DNA from: Eutreptiella sp. 'Long Island Sound 2002'
Taxonomy: Eukaryota > Protista > Euglenida
NCBI GenBank assembly: GCA_964036045.1
Contig: OZ038378.1
Location: forward strand, 65,844,001 to 65,908,000
Direction of reading: 5' to 3'
Length of the DNA: 64,000 bases
Shown here: positions 49,101 through 62,957 of the stretch, one piece after another
How positions within the stretch are numbered: the stretch's first letter is position 1
Layout of the letters: every line of letters begins with the position of its first letter
The notes under the pieces: generated by a model
What the model saw: only the letters and a program-made list of their open reading frames with translations
The model's database searches: none
What the model was told of the DNA's origin: nothing
Program-made: the position numbers and the translations under genes

Positions 49101-52100
49101 TCTCAAGGATTCACCGGAGCCCTTGCAAATGGGTGTAGACACCTTGTGGCGAATCATGGAGGGGTCTACCCCCCTCAAAGATTCACGGGAGCCGTTGTAG
49201 GTCGGTGTACACCACCTGCGGTGAACCATAGAGGGGTCTACACCCTTCAAGGATGCACCAGAGGCTTTGCAGATGGGTTTACATCCCCATGCAGTGAATT
49301 ATTGAGGGGTCTACACCCTTCAAGGCTTCACCACAGACCTTGCAGATGGGCCTACACCCCGTGAATCATGGAGGGGTCTACACCCCTCAAGGATTCACCG
49401 TAGCTCCTGTAGATGAGTGCAAACGACTTGCGGTGAATCATAGAGGGGTCTACACCTTTCAAGCATTCAAAGTAGCCGGTGTGAATGGGTGTAAACCCCC
49501 TGCGGTGAATGGTTGAGGGGTCTACACCCCTCAAGGATTCACCGCAGGCTCCTGTAGATGAGTGTACACCCCGTGCGGTGAATCATAGAGGGGTTCTACA
49601 CCTTTCAAGCATTCGCAGTGGCCCGTGTGAAGGGGTGTAAACCCCTTGCGGTGAATGGTTGAGGGGTCTGCACCCCTCAAGGATTCACAGCACCTCCTGT
49701 AGATGAGTGTACACCCCGTGCGGTGAATCATAGAGGGGTCTTCACCCTTCAAGGATGCACTACAGGCTTTGCAGACGGGTGTACAGCCCCAGTGGAATGA
49801 ATCATTGAGGGGTTCACACCCTTCAAGGATTCACAACAGCCCTTGCACATGGGTGTACACCCCGCGTGGTGAATCATGGAGGGTTCTACACCCCTCAAGG
49901 ATCCACCGCAGCTCCTGTAGATTAGTGTACACCCCCTGCGGTGAATCATAGAGGGGTCTACACGCTTCAAGGCTTCACCGCAGCCCTCATACCTTAGTGT
50001 ACACCCCCTGCGGTCAATCATGGAGGGGTCTACACCGCTCAAGGATTCACCGGATTCCTTGTAGATGGGTGTAGACCCCTTGCGGCGAATCGTGGAGGGG
50101 TCTACACCCCCAAAAGATTCACCGTACCCTCTGTGAACGGGTGTAGACCCCTTGCGGTGAATCATTGAGGGGTGTACACCCTTCAAGGAGTCACCGCAGC
50201 CCCTGTGAATGGGTGTTTGCCCCCTACGGTGAATCATTCAAGGGTCTACACCCCTCAAGGATTCACCGCAGCCCCTGTAGATGAGTGTACACGCGCTGCG
50301 ATGAATCATGGATGGGTCTCTGCCCTTCAAGGTTTCACCGCAGCCCCTATGAATGGGTGTACACCCCCTGTGGTGAATCATTGGAGCGTACACACCCTTC
50401 AAGAAGTCACCTCAGCCCCTTCAATTGACTGCACACCCCTTACGGTGAGTCCTGGAGGGGTGTACACTTTTCAAGCATTCACCGTAGCCCCTATGAATGG
50501 GTGTACACCCCCCTGCGGTGAATGGTTGAGGCGTCTACACCCCGCAAGGATTGACCGCAGCCGTTGTAGGTGGGTGTAGAATCCTTTGCGGTGAATCATG
50601 GAGCGATCTACACCCCTCAGGGTTTCACCGCAGCCCTTGTTCATGGGTGTAGATCCCTTGCGGTGAAACGTGGTTCACTAGAGCCTTTGCACATGGGTGT
50701 ACACCCCGTGCAGTGAAGCATTGAGGGGTCTACACCCTTGAAGGATTCGCCATAGTGCTCGCAAATGGCTGTACACCCCGTGCGGTGAATCATGGAGGGG
50801 TTCACACGCCTCAAGGATTCACCGCAGGTCCTGTAGATGAGTGTACACCCCGTGCGGCAATTCATAGAGGGGTTTACAACCTTCACGGATGCAGCATAGG
50901 CTTTGCAGATGGGTGTACACGTGCATGCAATGAATCATTGAGGGGTGTACACCCTTCAAGGATTCAACACAGGCCATGCAGATGGGTGTACACCCCGTGC
51001 GGTGAATCATGGAGGGGTCTACACCGCTGTAGGATTCACTGTAGCTCCTGTAGATGCGTTCAAACGCCTTGCGGTGAATCATAGAGGGGTCTACACTTTT
51101 CAAGCTCTCATAGTAGCCCGTGTGAATGGGTGTAAACCCCCTGCAATGAATGGCTGAGGGGTTTACACACCCCTCAAGGATTCACCACAGCTCCTGTAGA
51201 TGAGTGTACACCCCCTGCGGTGACTCATAGAGGGGTGGGTCTACACCGCTCAAGGATTCACCGCAGCCCCTCAACCTGAGTGTACCCCCCCTGCGGTCCA
51301 TCATGTAGGGGTCTACACCCCTCAAGGATTCACCGGACCCCTTGTAGATGGCTGTAGACCCCTTGCGGCGAATCTTGGTGGGGTCTACACCCCCAAAGGA
51401 TTCACGCACCCTATGTGAACGCGTGTAGACTCCTTGCGGTGAATCATTGAGGGGTCTACACCCTTCACGGATTCGGCGCAACCCCTGTGAATTGGTGTTT
51501 ACCCCCTGCAGGGAATCATTCAAGGGTCTGCGACCCTCAAGGATTCACCGCACCCCTGTAGATGAGTGTACACCCGCTGCGATGAATCATGGATGGGTCT
51601 CTGCCCTTCAAGGTTTCACCGAAGCCCCTATGAATGGGTGTACACCCTCTGTGGTGAATCACCTTCAAGGAGTCACCTCAGGATCTTCAATTGAGTGCAC
51701 ACCCCTTACGGTGAATCATGGAGGGGTCTACTCTTATCAAGCATTCACCGTAGCCCCTATGAATGCGTGTACACCCCCTGCGGTGAATGGTCGAGGGGTC
51801 TACACCCCTCCAAGATTCACTGCAACCCTTGTAGGTGGGTGTAGATCTCTTGCAGTGAATCATCGAGGGGTCACACCGCTTAGGGATTCACCGAACCCCC
51901 TTCATGGGTGTAGATCCCTTGCGGTGAATCATGTTTCACTAGAGCCTTTGCAGATCGGTGTGTACCCCGTGCAGTGAATCATTGAGGGGTCTACACGCTT
52001 CAAGAATTCACCACAGTCTTTGAAAATTGGTTTACACCTCACGCGGTGAATCATGGAGGGGTCTACACCCCTCAGGGATTCACCGCACCCCTTGTTCATG

Positions 52101-53272
52101 GGTGTAGATCCCTTGCGGTGAACCATGGTTCACTAGAGCCTTGGCAGATGGGTGTACACCCCGTGCAGTGAATGATTGAGCGGTCTACACCCTTCAAGGC
52201 TTCACCAGAGTCTTTGAAAATGGGTTTACACCCCGCGCCGTGAATCATGAAGGGGTCTTCACGCCTCAAGGATTCACCGGAGGTCCTGTAGATGAGTGCA
52301 CACCCCGTGCGGCGAATCATAGAGGGGTCTACACCCTTCAAGGGTGCAGCATAGGCTTTGCAGATGGGTGTACACCCCGTGCAGTGAATCATTGAAGGGT
52401 CTACACCCTTACAGGATTCACCACAGCTCTTATAGGTTGGTGTAGATCCCTTGGGGTGAATCATGGAGGGGCCGTTGTTCATGGGTGTAGATCTTTTGCG
52501 TTGAATCATGGTTTACCAGAGCCTTTGCAAATGGGTGTTCACCCCGTGCAGTGAATCATTGAGGGGTCTACACCTTTCAAGGATTCACCACAGCCCTTGC
52601 AGATGGGTGTACACCCCGTGTGGTGAATCATGGAGGGGTCTACACCCCTCAAGGATTCACCGTAGCTGCTGTAGATGAGTGCACACTTTCTATGCTGAGT
52701 CATGGAGGGGGCTACACCTTTCAACCTTTCACAGTAGCCCGTGTGAATTGGTGTAAACCCCCTGCGGTGAATGATTGAGGGGTCTACACCCCTCAAGGAT
52801 TCACCGCAGCTCTTGTAGGTGGGTGTAGATCCCTTGCCGTGAATCATGGAGGGGTCTAAACCCCTCATGGATTCACCGCAGCTCTTGTAGGTGGGTGTAG
52901 AACCCTTGTGGCGAATCTTGGAGAGGTCTACACCCTTCAAGGATTCACCAAAGCCTTTGCAAATGGGTGTACACCCCGTGCAGTGAATCATCGATGGGTC
53001 TACACCCTTCAAGGCCTCACCGCAGCCCTCGCAGATGGGTGTACACCCCATGCGGTGAATCGTAGAGGGGTCTACACCCCTCACCGATTCACCGCAGCTA
53101 CTTTAGATGAGTGTACACCCCATGCGGTGAATCATGCAGGGGTCTATACCCCTCAAGGATTCACCGGACCCCTTGTAGACAGCTGTATACACCTTGTGGC
53201 GAATCATGGACAGGTCTTCCCCCCTCAAGGTTTCACGGGAGCCCTTGTAGGTGGGTGTACACCCCTTGCGGT
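46175..53272 (+). repeat. 72-bp hairpin satellite: about 5 variant-A-like units (to about 46600), then variant B
   Basis: By-eye variant B consensus gatGGGTGTACACCCctTGCGGTGAATCatggaggggtctacacccttcaagGATTCACCGCAgcccctgta is 72 bp, with 11-bp inverted arms and a 12-bp palindrome. Confidence 0.95.
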
Positions 53273-54155
53273 GCCCAGTGCATGGATTACCACACTAAGG
53301 TCTTCCAATGGGAAGCTAGCTAAGGCATTCTGAGGGACACCCTTCAGTTGGCTGGGGTTTCGAGGGAGGCCGGACTCATCCCCGACGTGAAGAGGGGCAC
53401 AATCTATTGGTTGGAGGCTTCGGTGGTGCGGCACTCGCTTTGGAAGGCTTGGAACAGGAGCATGAAGCCATGTGCTCCCATGGGGTTTGCTCATGCCGGG
53501 AGTGCCCAGTTGTTGGACAGGGAGCGGGTCATGGCAAACAGTTGGTCCGATGCCTGGCAGTGCAGCTCAGAGATCTTTAGGGGAATTGTGTCTAACCGAT
53601 ACCCTTGGAGGTCACCCTCGTAGACCTCACAGAGTGGGCCTCGCCGTATGTGCTCTTGTAGGATGACGACGAAGATTTTGGCAACTTAGGTGGGTTGATA
53701 AGGGTGGGCCACACAAGGGACCTGGCACAATGGAGGGAAGATTTGTGCAACACCTTGTGCACAAGTCCTTGCAAATGAAGCAAGGTTGTTTGCATAGGAA
53801 CGAGGCAGGGTGTGACGACACCATTGACGTTGTTGTTTGGAGGGACGCGTACAACTTTCTGGATGGACCACACTTTTTGGAGGGGGATTGATGTAGCCCT
53901 CTTGGGGTTTACGTGGCATCCCTACCGCATGGGGTCGCCCCGTGCTTTGGGATTCTTGGGGTGTGCCCACTTGGGACGGTGCACGCGGGGTTGATGACCA
54001 ATGTACGTGGTGCAAGTTGCACCGTTCCCTAAAGGACTACGTTCTTGGCCGACACTAGACATGCTGACCCTTGGAGGCAGCATGCTGTGGATGCAGTCTT
54101 CGCCGTGGCGCAATACTCCACACTGCCTAACCCTGTCAATACGAGATCTTGCATT
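53273..54155 (+). pseudogene. Duplicate of the helicase-element C-terminus (45052-45937)
   Basis: Near-identical sequence at an offset of 8221 bp; ORF 53348.. matches ORF 44957... Confidence 0.9.
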
Positions 54156-54350
54156 GACCTATGACCTATGACTTGTGACCTGCGACCTATGACCCCAGAC
54201 TTGTTGCCTATGACCTATGTCCCATGACCTATGCCCTATGGCCTGGAATCTATGACCTATGACCTTCAAAATTGGGACATATGACCTGTGACCTATGCCC
54301 TATGACCTGGAACCTGCGAGCTCTGAGCGATACCTATGACGTATGACCTT
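54156..54350 (+). repeat. (TGACCTA)n heptamer array, third copy
   Basis: Near-identical to 45938-46130. Confidence 0.9.
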
Positions 54351-54394
54351 GGTTGTTTACCACGGATCCTCGCTTTTGTTTGCCTTGAATACGT

Positions 54395-57300
54395 CCATGT
54401 GGGATGGGACACAAGTTAACAAGGAGTAAGGAATCTCAAGAGCCCTTGAAACCACATCTCCATGGGGTCGCTTGATATGCCTAAGGGTCTACAAGGTGTA
54501 AAGATGCAGTGCAGCCCCGGAAACCATGTCTCCATGGGCCGCGGTGATATGTAGGATGGTCCACAATTTGTAAGGATTCACCGCAGCCCCTGTAACCATG
54601 TTTCCATGCGCTGCGGTGATATGCATCATGATCTACAAGGTGGAAGGATTCACCGCAGCCCTTGAAGCCATGTCTCCATGGGTTGTGGTGATGTGTAGGT
54701 TGGTCCTGCGGGTAAAAGGATTCACTGCAGCCCCTGAAACGATGTCTCCATGGGCTCCGGTAATATCTAGGATGCTCTACAAGGTGTAAGGATCCACGGC
54801 AGCCATGTGAATGGGTGTTGACCCCGTGCGGCAAATCATGGAGGGGTCAACACCATTCAAGGATCACCGCAGCCCCTGTGAATGGATGTAGACCCCCTAC
54901 GGTGATTAATTGAAGGGTCCACATCCTTCACGGATTCACTCTCGCCTGTAGATGAGTGTACAACCCTTGCGGTGAGTTATAGAGGGGTCTACACCCTTCT
55001 AGGATTCACCACACTCGTATACCTGAGTGTACATCCCGTGCGGTGAATCATGGAGGCGTCTACACCCCTCAAGGATTCACCGGAGCCCGTGCAAATGGGT
55101 GTAGACACCTTCTGGCGAATCATGGAGGAGTCTACACCCCTCAAAGATTCACGGGAGCCGTTGTAGGTGGGTGTACACCACCTGCGGTGAACCATAGAGG
55201 GGTCTACACCCTTCAAGGATGCACCAGAGGCTTTGCAGATGGGTTTACACCCCCATGCAGTGAGTCATTGAGGGGTCTACACCCTTCAACAATTCACCAC
55301 AAACCTTGCAGATGGGCCTACACCCCTTGTGGTGAATCATGGAGGGGTCTACACCCCTCAAGGATTCACCGTAGCTCCGGTAGATGAGTGCAAACGACTT
55401 GCGGTGAATCAGAGAGGGGTCTACACCTTTCAAGCATTCACAGTGGCCCGTGTGAATGGGTGTAAACCCCTTGCGGTGAATGGTTGAGGGGTCTACACCC
55501 CTCAAGGATTCACAGGAGCTCCTGTAGATGAGTGTACACCCCCTGCGGTGAATCATAGACGGGTCTTCACCCTTCAAGGATGCACTACAGGCTGTGCAGA
55601 TGGGTGTACATCCTCAGTGGAATGAATCATTGAGGGGTCTACACCCGTCAAGGATTCACAACAGCCCTTGCACATGGGTGTACACCCTGTGTGGTAATCA
55701 TGGAGGGGTCTACACCCCTCAAGGATCCACCGCAGCTCCTGTAGATTAGTGTACACCCCCTGCGGTGAATCATAGAGGGGTGTGCACGCTTCAAGGCTTC
55801 ACCGCAGCCCTCATACCTTAGTGTACACCCCCTGCGGTCAATCATGGAGCGGTCTACACCGCTGAAGAATTCACCAGACTCCTTGTAGATGGGTGTAGAC
55901 CCCTTGCGGCGAATCGTGGAGTGGTCTACACCCCCAAAGGATTCACCGTACCCTTCGTGACCGGGTGTAGACCCCTCGCGGTGAATCATTGAGGGGTCTA
56001 CACCCTTCAAGGATTCACCGCAGCCCCTATGAATGGGTGTACACCCCCTGTGGTGAATCATTGGAGGGTATACACCCTTCAACAAGTCACCTCAGCCCCT
56101 TCAATTGACTGCACACCCCTTACGGTGAGTCCTGGAGGGGTGTACACTTTTCAAGCATTCACCGTAGCCCCTATGAATGGATGTACACCCCTTGCGGTGA
56201 ATGGTTGAGGCGTCTACACCTTGCAAGGATTGACCGCAGCCGTTGTAGGTGGGTGTAGAATCCTTTGCGGTGAATCATGGAGCGATCTACACCCCTCAGG
56301 GTTTCACCGCAGCCCTTGTTCATGGGTGGAGATCCCTTGCGGTGAAGAATGGTTCACTAGGGCCTTTGCACATGGGTGTACACCCCGTGCAGTGAAGCAT
56401 TGAGGGGTCTACACCCTTGAAGGATTCGCCATAGTGCTTGCCAATGGCTGTACACCCCGTGCGGTGAATCATGGAGGGGTTCACACGCCTCAAGGAGTCA
56501 CCGCAGGTCCTGTAGATGAGTGTACTCCCCGTGCGGCGAATCATAGAGGGGTTTACACCCTTCAAGGATGCAGCATAGGCTTTGCAGATGGGTGTACACG
56601 TGCATGCAATGAATCATTGAGGGGTGTACACCCTTCAAGGATTCAGCACAGCCCATGCAGATGGGTGTACACCCCGTGCGGCGAATTATAGAGGGGTTTA
56701 CACCCTTCAAGGATGCAGCATAGGCTTTGCAGATGGGTGTACACGTGCATGCAATGAATCTTGAGCGGTGTACACCCTTCAAGGGTTCAGCACAGCCCAT
56801 GCAGATGGGTGTACACCCTGTGCGGTGAATCATGGGGGGTCGACACCGCTGTAGGATTCACCGTCGCTCGTGTAGATGAGTGCAAACGCCTTGCGGTGAA
56901 TCATAGAGGGGTCTACACCTTTCAAGCTTTTACGGCAGCCCGCGTGAATGGGTGTAAACCCCCTGCAGTGAATGGTTGAGGGGTCTACACCCCTCAAGGA
57001 TTCACCGCAGCCCCTCAACCTGAGTGTACACCCCCTGCGGTCAATCATGCAGGGGTCTACACCCCTCAAGGTTTCACCGGACCCCTTGTAGATGGCTGTA
57101 GACCCCTTGCGGCAAATCGTCCAGGGGCCTACACCCCCAAAGGATTCACCGCACCCTCTGCGAACGCGTGTAGACCCCTTGCGGCGAATCATTGAGGGGT
57201 CTACACCCTTCACGGATTCGGCGCAACCCCTGTGAAGGGGTGTTTACCTCATTGAAGGGTCTACAACCCTCACGGATTCACCTCAGCCCTGTAGATGAGT

Positions 57301-60300
57301 GTACACCCCCTGCGATGAATCATGCATGCGTCTCCAGCCTTCAAGGATTCTCCGCAGCCCCTGTGAATGGGTGTACACCCCCTATGGTGAATCATTGAAG
57401 GGTCTACACCCTTCAAGGAGTTCCCTCAGCCCCTTCAATTGAGTGCACACCCCTTACGGTGAATCATGGAGGGGTCTACACTTTTCAAGCATTCACCGTA
57501 GCTCTGCGGTGAATGGTCGCGGGGTCTACACCCCTCGAGGATTCACTGCAACCCTTGTAGGTGGATGTAGATCTCTTGCGATGAATCATGGAGTGGTCTA
57601 CACCCCTTAGGGATTCACCGAACTCCCTTCATGGGTGTAGATCCCTTGCGGTGAATCATGTTTCACTAGAGCCTTTGTAGATCGGTGTGCACCCCGTGCG
57701 GTGAATCATTGAGGGGTCTACACGCTTCAAGAATTCACCACAGTCTTTGAAAATTGGTTTACACCTCACGCAGTGAATCATGGAGGGGTCTACACCCCTC
57801 AAGGATTCACCGCAGGTCCTGTTGATGAGTGCACACCCCGTGCAGCGAATCATAGAGGGGTCTACACCCTTCTAGGACTCCCCAAAGCCCTTGCAGATGG
57901 GTGTACACCCGGTGCGGTGAATCATGGAAGGGTCTACACCCCTCAGGGATTCACCGCACCCCTTGTTCATGGGTGTAGATCCCTTGCGGTGAATCATGGT
58001 TTACTAGAGCCTTTGCAGATGGGTGTACACTGTGCAGGGACCCATTGAGGGGTCTACACCCTTCAAGGGTGCAGCATAGGCTTTGCAGATGGGTGTACAC
58101 CCCGTGCAGTGAATCATTGAAGGGTCTACGACCTTCCAAGATTCATCACAGCTCTTATAGGTGGGTGTAGATCCCTTGTGGTGAATCATGGAGGGGCCGT
58201 TGTTCATAGGTGTAGATCCCTTGCGGTGAATCATGGTTCACGAGAGCCTTTGCAAATGGGTGTTCACCCCGTGCAGTGAATCATTGAGGGGTCACACCCT
58301 TCAAGGATTCACCGCAGCCCTTGCAGATGGGTGTACACCCCGTGTGGTGAATGATGGAGGGGTCTACATCCCTCAAGGATTCACCGTAGCCCCTTTAGAT
58401 GACTGCACACCTTCTACGCTGAGTCATGGAGGGGACTGCACCTTTCAACCTTTCACACTAGCCTGTGTGAATGGGTGTAAACCCCCTGCGGTGAATGATT
58501 GAGGGGTCTACACCCCTCAAGGATTCACCGCAGCTCTTGTAGGTGGGTGTAGATCCCTTGCCATGAATCATGGAGGGGTCCAAACCCCTTATGGATTCAC
58601 CGCAGCTCTTGTAGGTGGGTGTAGAACCCTTTTGGTGAATATTGGAGAGGTCTACACCCTTCAAGGATTCACCAAAGTCTTTGCAAATGGGTGTACACCC
58701 CGTGCAGTGAATCATTGATGGGTCTACACCCTTCAAGGCTTCACCGCAGCCCTTGCAGATGGGTGTACACCCCGTGCAGTGAATCATAGAGGGGTTTACA
58801 CCCCACAACCATTCGCCGCAGCTACTTCAGATGAGTGTACACCCCGTGCGGTGAATCATGCAGGGGTCTATACCCCTCAAGGATTCACCGGACCCCTTGT
58901 AGACAGGTGTATACACCTTGTGGCGAATCATGGACAGGTCTACACCCCTCAAGGTTTCACGGGAGCCCTTGTAGGTGGGTGTACACCCCTTGCGGTGCAT
59001 AATAGAGGGGTCTACACCTTTCAAGGATGCACCGCAGCCCTTGCAGATGGGTGTAGACACCTTGTGGCGAATCATGGAGGGGTCTACACCCCTCAAGGAT
59101 TCACGGGAGCCGTTGTAGGTGGGTGTACACCACCTTCGGTGAACCATAGAGGGGTCTACACCCTTCAAGGATGCACCAGAGGCTTTGCAGATGGGTTTAC
59201 ACCTCCATGCAGTGAATCATTGAGGGGTCTACACCCTTCAAGGCTTCACCACAGCCCTTACACATGGGTGTGCACCCGGTATGGTGAATCATGGAGGGGT
59301 GTACAGCCCTCAAGGATTCACCCCAGCTCCTTTAGATGAGTGCAAACGACTTGCGGTGAATCATAGAGGGGTCTACACCTTTCAAGTCTTCACAGTAGCC
59401 CGTGTGAATGGGTGTAAACCCACTGCGGTGAATGATTGAGGTGTCTACACCCCTCAAGGATTCACCGCAGCTCCTATAGATGAGTGTACACCCCTCGCCG
59501 TGAATCATAGAGGGGTCTACACCCTTGAAGGATGCACTACAGGCTTTGGAGATGGGTGTACAGGCCCGTTGCAGTGAATCATTAAGGGGTCTACACCGTT
59601 GAAGGATTCACAACAGCCCTTGCCGATGGGTGTACACCCCGTGTCGTGAATCATGGAGGGGTCTACACCCCTCAAGGATCCACCGCAGCTGCTATAGATG
59701 AGTGTACACCCCTTGCGGTGAATCATAGAGAGGTCTACAGCCTTCAAAGATTCACCGCAGCCCCTATACCTGAGTGTACACCCCCTGCGGTGAATTATGG
59801 AGGGGTCTACAACCCTCAAGGACTCACCGGAGACCTTGTAGATGCGTGGAGCCACCTTGTGGCGAATCATGGAGGGGTCTACACCCCTAAAGCATTCACC
59901 GCACCCTCTGTGAACGGGTGTACACGCCCTGCGGTGACTCTTTGAGGGGTCTACACCGTTCAAGGATTCACGGCAGCCCCTGTGATTGGGTGTTGACCCC
60001 CTGGGGTGAATCATTCAAGGGTCTGCACCCCTCAAGGATTCACCGCAGCCCCTGTAGGCCTGCCTGTAGATGAGTGTACACCGTGTCTGGTGAATCATTG
60101 AGCGGTCTACACCCTTCAAGGTTTCACCGCAGCATATGTGAATGAGTGTACACCCCCTGCCGTGAATCGCTGAGCGGTCTACCACCTTCACGGATTTATC
60201 GCACCCCCTGTGAATTGGTCTAGACCCAGTGCACTGAATCAGGGGCCGGTCCTCACCCTTCAAGGATTCACCGCAGCCTGTGTTGGGTGTACACCCCCTG

Positions 60301-60782
60301 CGGTGAATTGTTGAGGGGTCTACACCCCTCAAGGATTCACCGCAGCCCTTGTAGGTCAGTGACTACCCCCGGCAGTGAATCATTGTCAGGTCTACACCCT
60401 TCAAGGATTCACCAGAGCCCCTGTGAATGGGTCTACACCCTTCAGGGATTCACCGGAGCCCTTGTAGATGGGTTTTGATTCCTTGTGGTGAATCATGGAG
60501 GGGTCTACACCCTTTAAGGATTCATAGTAGCCGTTGTAGGTGAGTTAGATCCCATAGAGTGAATTATTGAGTGGCCTGCAGCCTTCAAGGATTCACCGCA
60601 GCCGCTGTAGATGAGTGTACACCTCCTCCGGTGAGTCATTGAGGGAGGGGTGTACACCTTTCAAGCATTCACCGCAGCCCTTGTAGATGGGTGCAAACCC
60701 ACTACGGTCAAATCATTGCGCGGTCTGCACGCTTGAAGGATTCACCGCAGCCCCTGTAGGTTGGTTTAGACCCCCTGCGGTG
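54395..60782 (+). repeat. 72-bp hairpin satellite (short A-like start, then variant B), a duplicate of the previous array with a ~2.2-kb deletion
   Basis: 54395-54960 matches 46175-46744, and from about 54955 the sequence matches 48985 onward. Confidence 0.95.
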
Positions 60783-60879
60783 GGGCCACATTGGTATTTT
60801 CTCTGCTTACCAGGGGGAAGGGCGGCACAGGGCGTTAAAGACTGAGATTTCAAACAGAAAGTTTCGAAGGACGGGATGG

Positions 60880-61320
60880 ATGAACCATGAGTATATCGTC
60901 CCAAATGGCTGTATTGCATGCAAGACATATTTTTTGGCAAATGTGCTTGGTCAGCAGTGCGTGTCTAGTTTGGGACAGGGTGCCCAAAAGAAGTCCAAAA
61001 CTTCAAAAAGGCTTTGTGTGGCATTCCACCCTTATAGGTTACTTTGGCATAACACGACCGATGGTCACCGAGATTTGGGTTGCTCCAGATGTTGTGCCCC
61101 GGGGCACACCATCACAGTCACGCAAAATGGAAAGGATAAGACAAGGCGCGTCAACTTGGACTGTGATTGGTTTGGCAATACATCAACTCAATATTGCAAC
61201 CGCCCAGGCTTCACAGGGAGTTGTGGTTAGCAACACAACTACCATGTCCTGTGCACTTGCAAACACCAGCCCCATTTCAACATGATTTTCCATGCATTAG
61301 CGTGCCATTTGAGCGTTTTT
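60880..61320 (+). pseudogene. Cys/His-rich degenerate ORF, possibly a SWIM-type finger of a MULE-like element
   Basis: In frame across a TAG: ...RRVNLD...VLCTCKHQPHFNMIFHALAC (CxC at 61252-61260, H at 61291). The third Cys is missing. Confidence 0.25.
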
Positions 61321-62559
61321 GCCATGTATGCCTAGCCAAAAGTCTGTGGTTCACCTACCCCCCAAGCAGCTCAGAACCTCGCAAGCCAGTTTGACGCTGT
61401 TTCAGACATTGGCAGTACTGGCCCTGCCAAAATTGCGGCAGCCAGTAAAGGGGACAAACGGGGTTCTCTCAAAATCAGTTAGTATTTGGAGCCCCATGAG
61501 TTGCAGTTGCCTTTTGGATGCCTACGTTGGAACAAGAAGTGGCTGTACTGATAAGTTTGGGTGATTAACCGAGGATCAATAATTGGAAAAGATTGCAGAG
61601 TTGAAGCCCCGGCCTCTTAGTACTCGACTGCTGCGTATCGTCGTGTGGAGAGACCCCTCTGGTGTTTTCTACGTTCTCAGCGATCAGCATCCGGTGGAAG
61701 ACTGTCGATGTCTTGCGGAGGGGGGGGGGGGGGGGCATAAGATGAAGCACTACTCGGCCCCTGCATGGATAACATCCTTCATAGCACAAGTCATCTGCAC
61801 CGAAACTCTAAACACCCGTGAGTCATTTGCACAACAAGTAACCGTTGCTTGTTGTGCACTCGGTCATCGCATCGCATTTCCAATGCTAAAATAGTGTCCC
61901 AATGTGTGCCCGTCGCTTCCCATTGTGTACTGCCTGCTGTCCATTGGATTCTTCCGAGGAGCATCCTTGATGTTGTCTTTGCAAGCCGTGCAGTCAGCCA
62001 GCCATACACCTCATTTAACAACAAGAATGGAGCTACTATGCACAAAGATCGAATAGGACGAGGACAACGAGACCTCCATGAGGGAACATCCGGCATCAGT
62101 TTACAAAGGTGACGGATACACGGTCAAATAAGGCACACTGGTATGCCTGCTTGCACCTTGTTGGCCACATTCCTGGCGGTATGTGAATGTAGCTTTTTGG
62201 ATAGCGGCCTATGGGTGTCGGTGTGTGGTTCCATACAAACCAGTTAAAATTATTGATTTTGCGCGATGCTTCTCCGTGATCATTTGCCTGGCTCTAGATA
62301 CACTTGTTGTTAACCTCTTTTGCTGTGCATTGCCCCTTGCCATGGATTGAGATGGCCTTTTGTTGGACAAGTGTTTTGTCCCACACAAAATGGTTCAACT
62401 TAGTGGCCTGCGGACGCTTCTTTGTGATTATATGTATGGTTCTAGAAATGATCCTTGAGGCAAAGGGTCCTTTTCCGGCGTTGTACTTAGGACACTGTGT
62501 GCAAGGCCTAGTTTCTGCTGGCAAGCTGAGTGTATTTCTTGGGATCAAATGCATGTACC

Positions 62560-62930
62560 TGCGGCTCACTTGGAAATGTGAAGTTGGGGCTCAATTGGGG
62601 CTAACACTGCTCATTTGGGGCTAAGTGGTGTTTTTCAAGGCGTTTCATGTGAAAAGTTGTGTCTTTTGGGGCTGGCTTGGGGTTTTGGAATGTCCCCAAA
62701 GGGATACCAATCCCTAGTCCAAGAGGATTCGACCGGGGTTTTTTTTTCGACGGCTCAGTTGATTGAGCACCCCGACTGAGCCGTCACCGAGCTGTCACTG
62801 AGCCGGCTCACATAGCTCTCACTTAGCCCTCACTTAGCTCTCACTGAGCGCGCCAAATGGCTCACTGAGCGCTCGCTGAGCGCTCACTTAGAGCTAATGG
62901 GGGGCTCATTTAGGGCTCAGTGAACATGCA
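62560..62930. repeat. GCTCAC/TGAGC palindromic motif array downstream of the second RAG1-like transposase
   Basis: ggctcagttgattgagcaccccgactgagccg...ctcacttagc...gctcactgagcgctcgctgagcgctcac (62751-62925), with sparser copies at 62560-62630. Confidence 0.75.
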
Positions 62931-62957
62931 CGCGCACAAATCTGCCATCATACGCAC

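Noticed and set aside
46800-60400. Many Cys/His-rich ORFs (KGVDPSMIHRxGCTPxYxGCGESL) as a C2H2 zinc-finger array or repeat protein
   Set aside because: The period is 72 bp rather than 84 bp, the C-x2-C/H-x3-H spacing is absent, ORFs occur on both strands, and stops are frequent. They are by-products of a monomer length divisible by 3.
19090-60782. Hairpin repeats at regular spacing as a CRISPR array
   Set aside because: The intervening sequences are homologous to each other rather than unique spacers, there are no cas genes, and the context is eukaryotic.
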